Shown: piece by piece, positions 14,201-25,813 of the stretch | How positions within the stretch are numbered: position 1 is the stretch's first letter | Layout of the letters: every line of letters starts with the position of its first letter | Assembly: GCF_964355755.1 (NCBI RefSeq) | Contig: NC_092679.1 | Location: 2,324,201 to 2,388,200, forward strand | DNA: 64,000 nucleotides | Reading direction: 5' to 3' | DNA from: Antedon mediterranea | Lineage: Eukaryota > Animalia > Echinodermata | Program-made: the position numbers and the translations under genes | Notes under the pieces: generated by a model | Told to the model about the DNA's origin: nothing | The model's database searches: none | The model's input: only the letters and a program-made list of their open reading frames with translations

Positions 14201-17200
14201 TAAGATATTTGGGGATATACAAAATAAAATAAAATCACAATGGCTATTGTTACAAGATATTACTCTATATGGGAATTCAACTAAGTATAAAAAAACAGGA
14301 ATTTACCACTCATAAAGATTATATTAATAGGCCTATGGACTATACCAGCATTTGACAATAATGTTTGTATTATATTTAACAACAATCACAACTAAAAAAT
14401 ACTTCCTGTTATTCTGATAACATGATTTATTGAAGAAGTAAATGCTTATGTATGTTACTATGGTTAGTTCTGCGCAGCCGTTATCTTGATGTACATATTA
14501 TCATTGTAATGTAACCATGACATCACAAACATGCCACCGCACTAGCAGAACATTCAAAGCATTCAAACCGTTTTGCCTTATTTGAATTTTATGGTACACT
14601 ATAAAGCTACAGAGGCTAACGACAATACACAAAAGAAACATGGTTTATTGGCAGTTTCAAATATCTTATTTATAATTTTATCACCCACATGATAATTAAG
14701 TGCAATTTTAAGTAAAAAACCATTATTATATTGTTCTATGTAATCAATGTAGCATAGCTTTTGCCCTTTGCATGTTTTTAAAATTTTAATAATCTTTTTT
14801 TGTTAGCCAAGGATTTTTTTTTCACAATTGTTATTTTTCCTTTATTATTATATTTCTGTTTGTGCCCACACGTTAAGTGGTGATGATGATAATACAAGGT
14901 CAACCAATCAGTTGGGCAAATAAGTATCTTATATTCTATTCGTTCTGACGTTTTATTTAATTTTCAGAAATGATTTTCCAATACTTCTTTTACCTTACAA
15001 TTACCACAAATACTATTGATATAAAATGGTCTCACCATTGATCTGCAACCCATTGGTTGAAATGGACATGTCACCTTGACAAGTGGACACTCATTTTGAA
15101 GATGATCATCTACCTGAAAAAAGGATAAAAACTGAATTAATAAATATTAATGTGTTTTTTCTGTACATTTTATCAAACAAACCATAACTTCTTCTTTTTC
15201 TTTCTTTTTCGGTGACTGTAGCGCGTTGGCTGACTTGTTTTGGTTCAATTATTAAGAGACCAAAGATTTTTTTTTTTCAAAAGCTCATGCGTGGGCTGTA
15301 TTTTTCCAATAGTAGTAACCATTGAATTTGAATTGAATTGAAATATATATTTATACTGGGTAACCTCTTCAGTCAAAGACTGGTCTCCCAGAGGGCCCAG
15401 TTGGTGATCAGTGGCTGTGATGTACTAATACACCGGGGTAACCCCCTACTCGTCTCGAAAGATGTACTAGGTTCTTTAAAGTGCACACAAGCTAGATGTG
15501 TACACTGGACCTACGGTTTATAGTCCTTATCCGAGAAGACTCGTTCTACCACCAGAACCAAGGAGTGAGTGAGCCTCGAACCCATGCCGATGTTATGGCT
15601 ACGTAATTACGGTTCCACTGTCTTAACCGCTCGGCCACTTACTCACTCATGGCAAAGCAGTGTACTGTACTAATTGCTTAAATAAATTTAGGTATACTAC
15701 AGTATAGAGAAGGTTTTCCTCTGGGCCTACAGTCATTATTATTTATCTTATACCCCTTTTACACACACTATCACCGTAACAGCGGTGTAACCCCGCGGTT
15801 GTTAGTACACCGGGCCGTTAAACGCCGGTGTTGTGGTTTTTATTGACTGGTGTAAATGGGAAAATCCAACCACCCCAGTGTGCTCTCCCTGTGGTGAAAC
15901 GAAGCTGAATGTTTTCCGGTGTACCTTCTCCGGTGTAGTCGAATCTACACCGGAGACACGGAAGTGTAAACGGTTTTTGTGGTTCAACACCGAGCTGTTA
16001 AAGGTCATTGACGTGAAAATGTAACATGTTGTCACAGAAATACAATATATTATGCAAACAAAATAGGTTTTTTGCTTAAAATACACCTTTTTTTGCTTAA
16101 AATAATAATTGTACAATATATTGTGCTGTTCCTTATTTTCTTTTAAAGATAATAATAATAATTTATTAGGAAATGACACCTTTGCATCGGTGGCACACAC
16201 AGAAGTGGTGCATCCAATTTAACATAATACATCAAAACAATACATTATATGACGGATACAGGTTCTTAAACTATTTGCCAAAATATAAAAGAAAAATCAT
16301 TACCAACATGGTAATAGCACAAACAAATTTGTGATTTTTCTTTTCTGCTAAAAATATTAAAATTGTTTGTTTGCATTCTACCTTACCAGAAAGCCTAAAA
16401 ATGTAATATTGGAGCCGGCCAATTTTATGTTGGCCTAATTATTAAAAAAGGGAAAAATAATATAATACTGACGTCTCAATAGATGAAAATGATATCTTTT
16501 TTAGCAACTGAAAAAGTACCATATAATAATTTTCCTTCATTGATACATTGTTATGCTAATTAAAAAATACATTTTTATTTTAAATACTTACCGTACCTAC
16601 CCTATTTTTACGCCAACCTAACAATTTAAGGCCTATTTAAGTACGTACAGTCTACAAGGCGGAAATGCAGTCATTTTAAAAAGAAAAATAATTGGTAGGC
16701 CCTAATTTTTAAAATAATAAATGATAATCTTATTAACCACAAAGAAAATATTACACATGGACTACATTCAAAATTAAATAAATTGTGTGTAAATTCGGAT
16801 TATTATTATGTTTTTATATGAGATTTGACGATATGTTCCAGTGTTTAAACATTTAAACCATAGTCAGTTAAGTTCCACGTGTGCGCTTGCAATAGTGATT
16901 TGATTGACAGCACCGGGGTGTGATCAATGTAGTGTAAATGGGCGCAACTCGAGTTTTTCTCGCAGTTTTTTTGGCTAGTGTAAATGGAAATTGCCTCCGA
17001 GTTCAACTCGTGTTCCTCTCTCAATAGTATAAAAAGGGTAATAGATTTATTAACAATATAGTTGAATAGAGCTTTTATATAAGACATCTAGCATAGACAT
17101 TTTTTCAGGCAAGTTATTTACTATTTTTCTTGGTTTTTATAGTTTACACTGTTGGCCTTTATACATATAAATTTAAATAAATCAATATTTGCTAAAGATA

Positions 17201-20200
17201 ATACTATAAATAGAATCTGTCCAGACACGTGTTGTATCTAATAGTATACAAAGTGCAGTAAAAATTACCATACAATAGGCCTACATATGATTATAGTGAG
17301 TAATTACTGTCGGAATAACGCTAATTGAATACAGCCTGCCTAAAAATAATGTTTCAATAGGGCTTTGGGAGATGAATTAAGGAGTACAGTAGGTAGGTTT
17401 TTGTAATAAAAGCTTTAATATGCCCATATATTTATTCAATTACAACCCCCAATTATTATAAAGAGATTGACAGATATATATGAAAAAAATCACAAAACAA
17501 TCACTGAAATATGAAACCTTGCATGCGTTTAAAATGTCTAAAAAGTAAACAAAACTCTCTTTCTCAACTTTTAGAGGTCATTTGAACAATACGAAAATGA
17601 AGATTTTAAGTTAAATGGTATTATTGCAGCAAATTGATGCAGATTTTAAGCCGTGGTTTATCACAAAATCTAAATTGTCATAGTACATTGACTTGTAAAG
17701 TTATTGATTGTAATATTTCATATTGTATGCAAAGTATAACTTTGCATATATTTCATGGTTTCTGATTTTGGGTTAAAATTTCTAGACCTGGAAAAACGAA
17801 ACAGAATACTGGATATTCCTATGGAATGTTTTGCATACAGGTGTGCGGGATTTATGTAAATAAGAAGCTAAAAGCAATTTAGCATACCAAATGTGTCTTA
17901 TCAAAAGAGGATTATCAAAATAATATTTTTGTTCGTGTTTGTTTTAAGCCTATGTAACATCTGGCTCATTGTTATTAGTCAATATTTATTTTTAAATTTT
18001 AATTTTGATAAACTTTCCAGTATAGTAAAAGCACAATGCAGTATTAATATTAAAATTTATCGATATGAAAGGAGAAGGATATGAATCACGCAAAACTAGA
18101 CAATGTTGCGATGTCATCACAATGACAGACAGCTTGTCGATAACAGATAGATATTTGTCAAATTAATCAAACAAAAGTTGTTGTATGTACATCTATATCT
18201 AGAGGTCATCAGGTCATACGTACAATGACGTTGATTTCACAGAAATTGGTCATTATTGGTCAATATGGTCAATACTTTTTTATAAGATCCTCAAACAAAT
18301 TTCAGTTAATTACACGAACACAACAAATATTTTCAACTTGTTTAATGGACTGTTGGACCTTTTAGGAGGTGAGATTGGTGCACGTGTCGTGATAAAGTGT
18401 AGGCCTATTAGGAACTGATTTAGGAACTACAACGGAAAAAAAATTCCTGATTTGTTAAATTCAGAGAATATTATAAATGTGTTTTCATTACTCACACCCT
18501 CATTCCGCTTTCATGTAGTTAAAAAAAGAATAACCACAAGTAGTATAATAAGCCCATAGTAACTTGTAATATTACATTATTTAGACATGTAGCCAGAATT
18601 GTTATAGGGGGTTTTTGTTATCTATAGTTTACGTTAGGCCTATCATACTAGGCCTACTGTTCCTCTAGTTTGAAAAGGGCACTTCTTCTAGCAGAAATTA
18701 TGTTAGAACGCATTGCTTCGCATAGCCCCCTGTAGAAAGATTTTGGTGCCAACGCTGCACTGCCCGGAACACAACCTCCAGCTTGTTATTCTTTAAAGTG
18801 TGTGAGTTTTGGTTTGCCCTATAAACACTCATTTCCCATTACCACGTTCTCAGTAATTTTAAAATGAAATTGTTATTACTTGACAATAATTCATTGTGTG
18901 GTCTAGTATTTATTTCCTTTTGTTTTGACCATGAATTCACAGTCTATACAACAGTTAATACCATCCTGATTCAGGTTGAATTGTAGGAAATATAAAGGTT
19001 ATCATTGTTTGGATTTATAGAAACAAGCAATACTTGTCATGCTCATTTTCTTCCTTATTGAAAATATTGTTTAAAAAGTTGATCAATTGATGGCCTTGCA
19101 AAGTTCCATGAATTAATACAATTGTGTCATGTCAACATCTGACTAAGATGCATTGCTAACCAGCAAAAGCTTGACAGAGAGAGAGGGAATAATGCAAGTT
19201 GTATGTTCTCAACTTGGATATTCCAAAAGTATATCTGATATATTGGTCATATCTGGCCCAAATACATCAATTGACCAAACAAAAAAAAAAGATTTTGTTT
19301 GCTGTCCTAACAAGACGGTACTATTGTGATCCGTGGATTACAATCTTTATTCATCAGGAAATCAGGAAAGAAGCCATTAGACAATCGGAAAAAAAAATCT
19401 TAAATAACACCTCAGTCAGCTATGTATTGCTGAATAGGTGTTGTAGGTGACTCCAGCTGTAAAACGTGGAAGAGCAGGATCCCATATGTATGTAAAATGG
19501 AAATTATAATAATATAAGGGGAAACAAATTTTAAAAAGGTTTTTAAGAATTACCTCTTTTAAAAGCAACTCGTCTGCTCCACAATCATTTGGGCAAGCAG
19601 TTGGTTTGTTTTTACATTTATGGCTCTGTGGAAATAAATAAACATTATATAAACATGTACTAACTAAATCAACAACTTCAACAATTACAATGTGTGTTCC
19701 GCTTCAATAACATTTCAAACTTTTCTGTTGCTCAATTTGGGAAATCAGAGTGAGCTTTGAACTTTATTTATCCAATTTCAGGATAATTGCGCCTCATGAT
19801 CACCTTTTTAGAATTGGCGCTATAAAAATGTATGGTTTGATTTATAGATTGAATGCATTCAAATCCAACAACAGTACAATAAAATACCATAAAAGGATCA
19901 TTTTTCAGAGTAGACTAGTCTAGACTAGAAATGTTAGTTTGGAAATTCCTAATTTGGCAAGAAAATTTGTTTTTGTTAATCATTAATATGCAGTATCAGA
20001 ATCTGGCCCCTGGTATTTTTAGTTCAACAAGATCAAAATAATTTGTAGCATAACGGCTATGAGACTCTTGAGCTTATTACAGAAGAAAAAAAGGCATTAA
20101 AATAATTTGAAAAAAGGCGTTGGAGGGTCACTTAATGTCAACACTGTAGAGATTTAAAGAATATTGAAATACAGTACTTACATTGATATCATTAAAAGTA

Positions 20201-20932
20201 TATGTTCCATTACAGTATGTACATTCCACTAAACGGTAATCACAGTCATATTTTAAATGGTCCTGTAATTCAGTTCTAAATAATTTAGCATCACATCCAC
20301 TCTTAAAATGTACACAGTTAACTTTTTTATATGAACAGTCAGTTAAATGATTTTCTAAATCAGAAAGTTTAATAGTTGCTGTACAACCAATTGGTTTATT
20401 TACACAAAACATCAACTTTTTTCGTAATTGGCTTCTAGCGTAAAAATCATTGTTAAAATCGGACTGTTTATTGATTCCATTACATGATGGGCATGTTCCA
20501 ATTGCAGACCTAAAAAGAAAAATTAATTATTCAATTTTATTGATAAATTGTAATTCAATTGAGCACAGGAAATTTCAGCAACATTTCTTCAAAATTTATT
20601 ATTTTATTAGTATTATTTTTTAAACTATTTTATTATATTTTTTATGCGAGTGAGTGGCCGAGTGGTTAAGACAGTGGAACCGTAATTGCGTAGCCATAAC
20701 ATGGGATCATGCTAATCTGTAGAATCTATTGAAGGAGAGTCGGGGTGGGCAGGGCTAAAGAAGAGACAAATATATTTGTATAATCAACTTACGAGACACA
20801 TGGCGCACAAAACCGACATCCGCATAATGCCTGCATTGGTTTCTGTAACACGTGCTGACATAATGTACACAAGTACTCATCTTCAACATTGTCAATAAAA
20901 AGTTCGGTATCATAACCGTTCGTTTTTTGCAT
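11206..20932 (-). CDS. TNF receptor-associated factor, TRAF2/3/5 type (RING, five TRAF zinc fingers, coiled coil, MATH domain), ~510 aa
   Basis: Exons 20932-20793, 20509-20182, 19625-19554, 15113-15036, 13886-13695, 12752-12581, 11981-11662, 11436-11206 (1533 nt, in frame). MATH motifs SPPFYSSRTGYKMCLRLYLNGDGMGRNTHVSLFFVIMRG, DALLPWPFKQ, FRPDPNSSSFQKP, GCPLF; closest to TRAF3/TRAF2 by eye. Confidence 0.93.
15322..15648 (-). mobile_element. tRNA-derived SINE with Deu/Nin-like central domain
   Basis: A box TGGCCGAGCGG, B box GGTTCGAGGC, core GGATAAGGACTATAAACCGTAGGTCC...AAAGAACC...GAGTAGGGG...CCCCGGTGT, (TTCAA)n tail; fragments at 20647-20703 and ~34427-34520. Confidence 0.75.
15751..17040. 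mobile_element. ~1.3-kb non-autonomous Harbinger-like element in a TRAF intron
   Basis: Imperfect TIR TACCCyTTTTAyAC at both ends, TWA-like flanks, GC-rich subterminal regions with repeated GTGTAAATGG and CACCGG motifs. Confidence 0.55.
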
Positions 20933-21425
20933 TGTTTTCTCTTTCGTTTCAATGGTGTAAATGGGTTTAAAATGATAGTTGTATGGTTATCGGCATGTAT
21001 ACTGTCCTCTTCGGGTAATAAATTGACATGGCGATATGTTTTAAAGTAACTTAGACGTTTAATGTTCATTGTCTGTAGAAAAAACGGTCCCATCTAGAAA
21101 AAATATTAGTAGATGAAAAAACATTTTTAAAAAGCCCTACATTAAAAAAAAAAATATTTGATCATGTATAGCCTAGCTGTAGTTGTAATTTTATTTTCAT
21201 ACTGTAGTGTCCTTGACCTTAGGCCCATCTATAATATTATTGATTGTAATGTAATATTAAATACTAACTAGATTTACCAGGATAATTGTAGACTAGATCT
21301 ATTATTAGATAATTTAAAATCATAGATTGCATCAATAGCTAAAAATAGAAAAAAAAAATCCCCTAAATATTTGTGACCCTGTTTATCCCTGTCTGTGAAG
21401 CTTGTTTTGTCATTGTAAAAGCTCT

Positions 21426-22500
21426 GGGGTGGATTGCTATAAAACAGTCTTAACTGATGGTCTTAACTCCCCGATTAAAGCCGGCTTTATCAGATAGACG
21501 GTCTTATTAAAGCCACTCCTGATAGACCATTGCTATAAACCAGTCTTAGATAAGACCGCGTAAAGTAACAAATTGAGGGCGTACTTTGCGCGTAGAATAC
21601 CAAATAAGGTAATGTTCGTCACGCTTGTTCAATTCACAATCATAATGGGGTGGATTGCTATAAAACAGTCTTAACTGATGGTCTTAACTCCCCGATTAAA
21701 GCCGGCTTTATCAGATAGACGGTCTTATTAAAGCCACTCCTGATAGACCATTGCTATAAACCAGTCTTAGATAAGACCGCGTAAAGTAACAAATTGAGGG
21801 CGTACTTTGCGCGTAGAATACCAAATAAGGTAATGTTCGTCACGCTTGTTCAATTCACAATCATAACAGTACGTACATTTCTACGCGAGAAAATCCATTC
21901 TAGGCCTATATAACAATAAAATCACCGTTATTATTTGATTTAACACTTAAAACTCGTTCAATTGGTTGTCTTTGACGATAAATAATACGTAAAAGCAACA
22001 AAAAGAGAGGTTTAAGACTGTTTTAAGACTCCTTCGAGTAGGCTTTAATTTTAAAGACCGTTTACAGGTTAGACCGCGGTATAGCAATGGTCTATAATAT
22101 AAGACTACTTGCTACGTCACGAATTATAGCCGGCTAAGCGCTAAGACCGGTTATAGACCGCTTATAGCAATCCGCCCCTGTACGTACATTTCTACGCGAG
22201 AAAATCCATTCTAGGCCTAGGCCTATATAACAATAAAATCACCGTTATTATTTGATTTAACACTTAAAACTCGTTCAATTGGTTGTCTTTGACGATAAAT
22301 AATACGTAAAAGCAACAAAAAGAGAGGTTTAGGACTGTTTTAAGACTCCTTCGAGTAGGCTTTAATTTTAAAGACCGTTTACATTACAGGTTAGACCGCG
22401 GTATAGCAATGGTCTATAATATAAGACTACTTGCTACGTCACGAATTATAGCCGGCTAAGCGCTAAGACCGGTTATAGACCGCTTATAGCAATCCGCCCC
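21426..22500. mobile_element. PIF/Harbinger-like MITE with a second copy (21647-22178) nested inside it
   Basis: TIR GGGGyGGATTGCTATAA at 21426 and 21647, TTATAGCAATCCGCCCC ending 22178 and 22500; CWG-type target sites. Confidence 0.8.
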
Positions 22501-22543
22501 AGCTCTAATCATATGCTAGTCTAGTCTAGTTCCTCGACCTGCT

Positions 22544-22794
22544 GGGGGAATTTCGCATTCTATAAATAAACTATATATAGGCAGCCTAGCTAATGGCCAC
22601 TGCACTATTAATTATAGCTTAACATTTAGTCAAAATTACTAGACAATTTTAAATACTTACTTAATTTGTAGAGAATTCATTTTACGTACGTCCACCACAG
22701 TGTTAGCGTTATGATTATGAGGTTGTTTTCGAAATCGGATTCCAGTATTTCATGGAAACGGTACTAAGTTGGAAATTCCCCTTCGACAGCCAAT
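22544..22794 (-). promoter_or_regulatory. Putative TRAF promoter / non-coding first exon with NF-kB sites
   Basis: GGGGAATTTCC on minus strand at 22771-22781 (consensus kB site), GGGGAATTTCG at 22545-22555, CCAAT at 22790-22794, minus-strand donor GTAAGT at 22655-22660. Confidence 0.6.
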
Positions 22795-23749
22795 GAAAAT
22801 GAGGTACCGCCCACAAAATTAACAATGCATTGGGCAGCTGCTGTTATATAGATTAGATAGAGCGTGTCATTGCACTCACTATCCAGGTACCGTAATGGAC
22901 AAATCTATAACTAGCATTAATATGCTATCTGTCATATTTTCCATGATCTATCATTCTTTTAAATAATCTAGCATAATTGTAACCAAATATACCATAATTT
23001 GGTAAAAAACATGATGATAACTTTGAGACATATTTTGTTTTCATCGCTGGCACTGGGTATAACAGCATTAAAAAATGGATTATCCGTAGTATTGATTTAT
23101 ATAGGCGTACCTTCTTGGAAATCAGCTGAAATATTGGTACATCAGGAATACAATGATTGTGATGATTATTGACCGGGCCGGGCTTTGGACGCTACTACTC
23201 TAGTAATAGAATAGACCTGGGAGGGCGCGCAAACAGTCGTGACCAGCCGAGCGTAAAAAAAAAAACCCCAAAATAACGAAAACAAATTGCTGTAAAATGT
23301 TCTTAATAAGATGCCCTACAATGATTGCAAACAATTATTGTTTTCACCACTAAATCCATTTTTTCGGTGGATTTTAGGTTTATACCATGGAGGTAAAAAA
23401 TAAATAAATTTATTTTTTACCTCCATGGCCGGTTATACCTCAAGATTGTGCATCGATGCGTGACCACAAACGTCCCACGTCACTCGCGCGCACACACACA
23501 CAATTCAACACGTCCACGCACCATATATGTGCACAGCAGTCACGATATAGTTACACACCATGAATAGGAAGTTGTCAGATTTACTCTATAAAAGCACTGT
23601 ACTAGAGTTTTACGGTAAGAACCACGTGGAAATCAAAGCAGATAGTCATAGGCGCATTTTCGGCAGTAAACAATGTCATTCTTTTCTTCTTGTATTTCAT
23701 AAGAAGAACTTGTCATCACATGCGAATCCTTTCTGCTTTGGTATGGAAA

Positions 23750-24403
23750 CAAAGGATATGAGCAATCCGCGATTTTTTCCATTGGAAATTTGTATCATTT
23801 TTAACATAGTATGGATTCCCGCCCTCACACGAGCGGGTACATAAATACTAAAGAAGACTTGATTTAAATACGGTAGAATACATGTCACATTAAAAATAGA
23901 ATTATGAAAATATATTTTGCAATTATAAAACATTTTATAAAACATATTTAATAACAAACTAGTGGGCGCCAAACTAGTGTACATTCACTTCTACAGAAAA
24001 TTATTTACCACCATCCAAAATTGTTTTTATGATATAAATTATTATAAAATACATGTTTATTATTGTTTATTAATAATAATAGGATACAGTGCAATGTTAA
24101 ATTTAATTAATAAAGTAAAATATAGAAATATTGTTGAACTATCTTTGTAAAAACATGTCAACAACAACACGCCTGGTAGTTTGACGCGAACTGTCTATTC
24201 TGCAGTTTTTTACTAAATAAATTGCATAAAATAAAAAAAGTTAAATTATATATCCAAATAGCATTTAACATGATGTTAACATGTAGTTTATAACATGAAA
24301 ACCCTACCGGTGGTCCAGGCTACCGTCACAAAAAGTTATACTGCCCAACGTAATGCGACGCCATACCGCATGGAAAATATTACTGCGGATTGCTCATTCT
24401 TTG
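23750..24403. mobile_element. MITE, same family as 49763-50598
   Basis: Ends CAAAGGATATGAGCAATCCGC / GCGGATTGCTCATTCTTTG; shared interior (AAGACTTGATTTAA, TACATGTCACATT, AACAAACTAGTG, CAGTTTTTTACTAAATAAATTGCATAAAA). Confidence 0.7.
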
Positions 24404-25813
24404 ATGTAAATGTTTATTAATATTATGAATATTTAGGGTCTACTTTACATTTATTCATAGGAATTACCTTTATCAGTGGTATACGATCAGTTAATGGTTC
24501 ATCCAATTTACAAACAAAATTACAAATAACAAGCTACATAAAAAGTTCTAAATACTAATATTGTACATTTACAGATTTACAGCAAAACAATATGTAAAAT
24601 ATGGTAATTAAATCTATATGTAAATACATAATACTTATTTAGCGCCCTCTAGAGTAAACTAGCATAAATTAATAATTTTCTTGTTTTTTCTCCCTATCCA
24701 TAGGTTTATCGCAAGTAGCTTGATTGAGGAACGTCATTGCACAATGCATGATGGGAAGGGTTTGGGAGCAAACGTCAAGTCGTGTTCCACCGCTGTATTT
24801 CCATAATCACGCATCAAAGCAATGCAAAACATGCCGAAACACAATTTATTCGTTTTAACGGGTGGATCCAAGGAGAAGAAGAAGAATACAATTATTAACA
24901 AAGATAGAACATTGGGTTTAGTAAAGCACTTTTTTAGGCACTGGTCCTGTGCACCACTGGTTATATTCATGCAAAATCTATTCTTCTTAGATACTGTATT
25001 TTCTGAAATTACACTATACGTCATGCAAGTCATGCGAGTCTTACTTTCTATTTCATTTCAACAATTGAATGATTTGCTGTTGAAAAGTGAGGGGGAAACC
25101 CATTCCTAAAAATCCACTAAAAAATATGGGGGGAGGAGGTTGCAATGTCAACCTGGACACTATGTATTTTGATGCTTTGTGTAATGTTGTAAATATAGTC
25201 AATTCTCCCAATACTGGAATCTCTGAAAACCATAAACTCTTCCAATACCAGACTTTTCTTGGGAACCAAAAGGTCCCAAATTCATTTTTATCATAAAAAA
25301 GAAATTCTGATTACCACACCTTTCCAGGAAGCCAGACATCCAGCCCAAAAGTTTCTGGTATTCGGAGAGTTGACTGATACTAATATAATAATTCAGTACA
25401 TGTAATAGCTGGCAATTGTCATAAAACTACCAAAGCATGCATTGGTAAATATAGACGTACATTTTGTATCGATATCTATGACATACCATTTCCTACCATT
25501 TGTCGATGACAAGTGTATAAAAACAGTTCCTTGTTGTGTAATTCTAACTACTTTCTCTATAGTACGACACTTATGGTTGGTTTAGAATACTCTATAATAT
25601 GCGGTTCAGTTGGTTTACCGAAAGGAACGTCACGTCGCGTCACCTAACCAACAATTTTATTTATATATAACTTTTGTCAATTTAATTTAGATGCATTGGA
25701 AATTTATTTGTGTCATTATAAAAATAGTGTATTTGTAACAATATTTTACTCCAAAAAGTTTAGTATCAGAAAAAAATAATTAGAAATTTATAAAATAATA
25801 ATAATATTATGAT

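Noticed and set aside
20755-21093. 112-aa ORF as TRAF N-terminus
   Set aside because: The RING is encoded in a different frame starting at 20932
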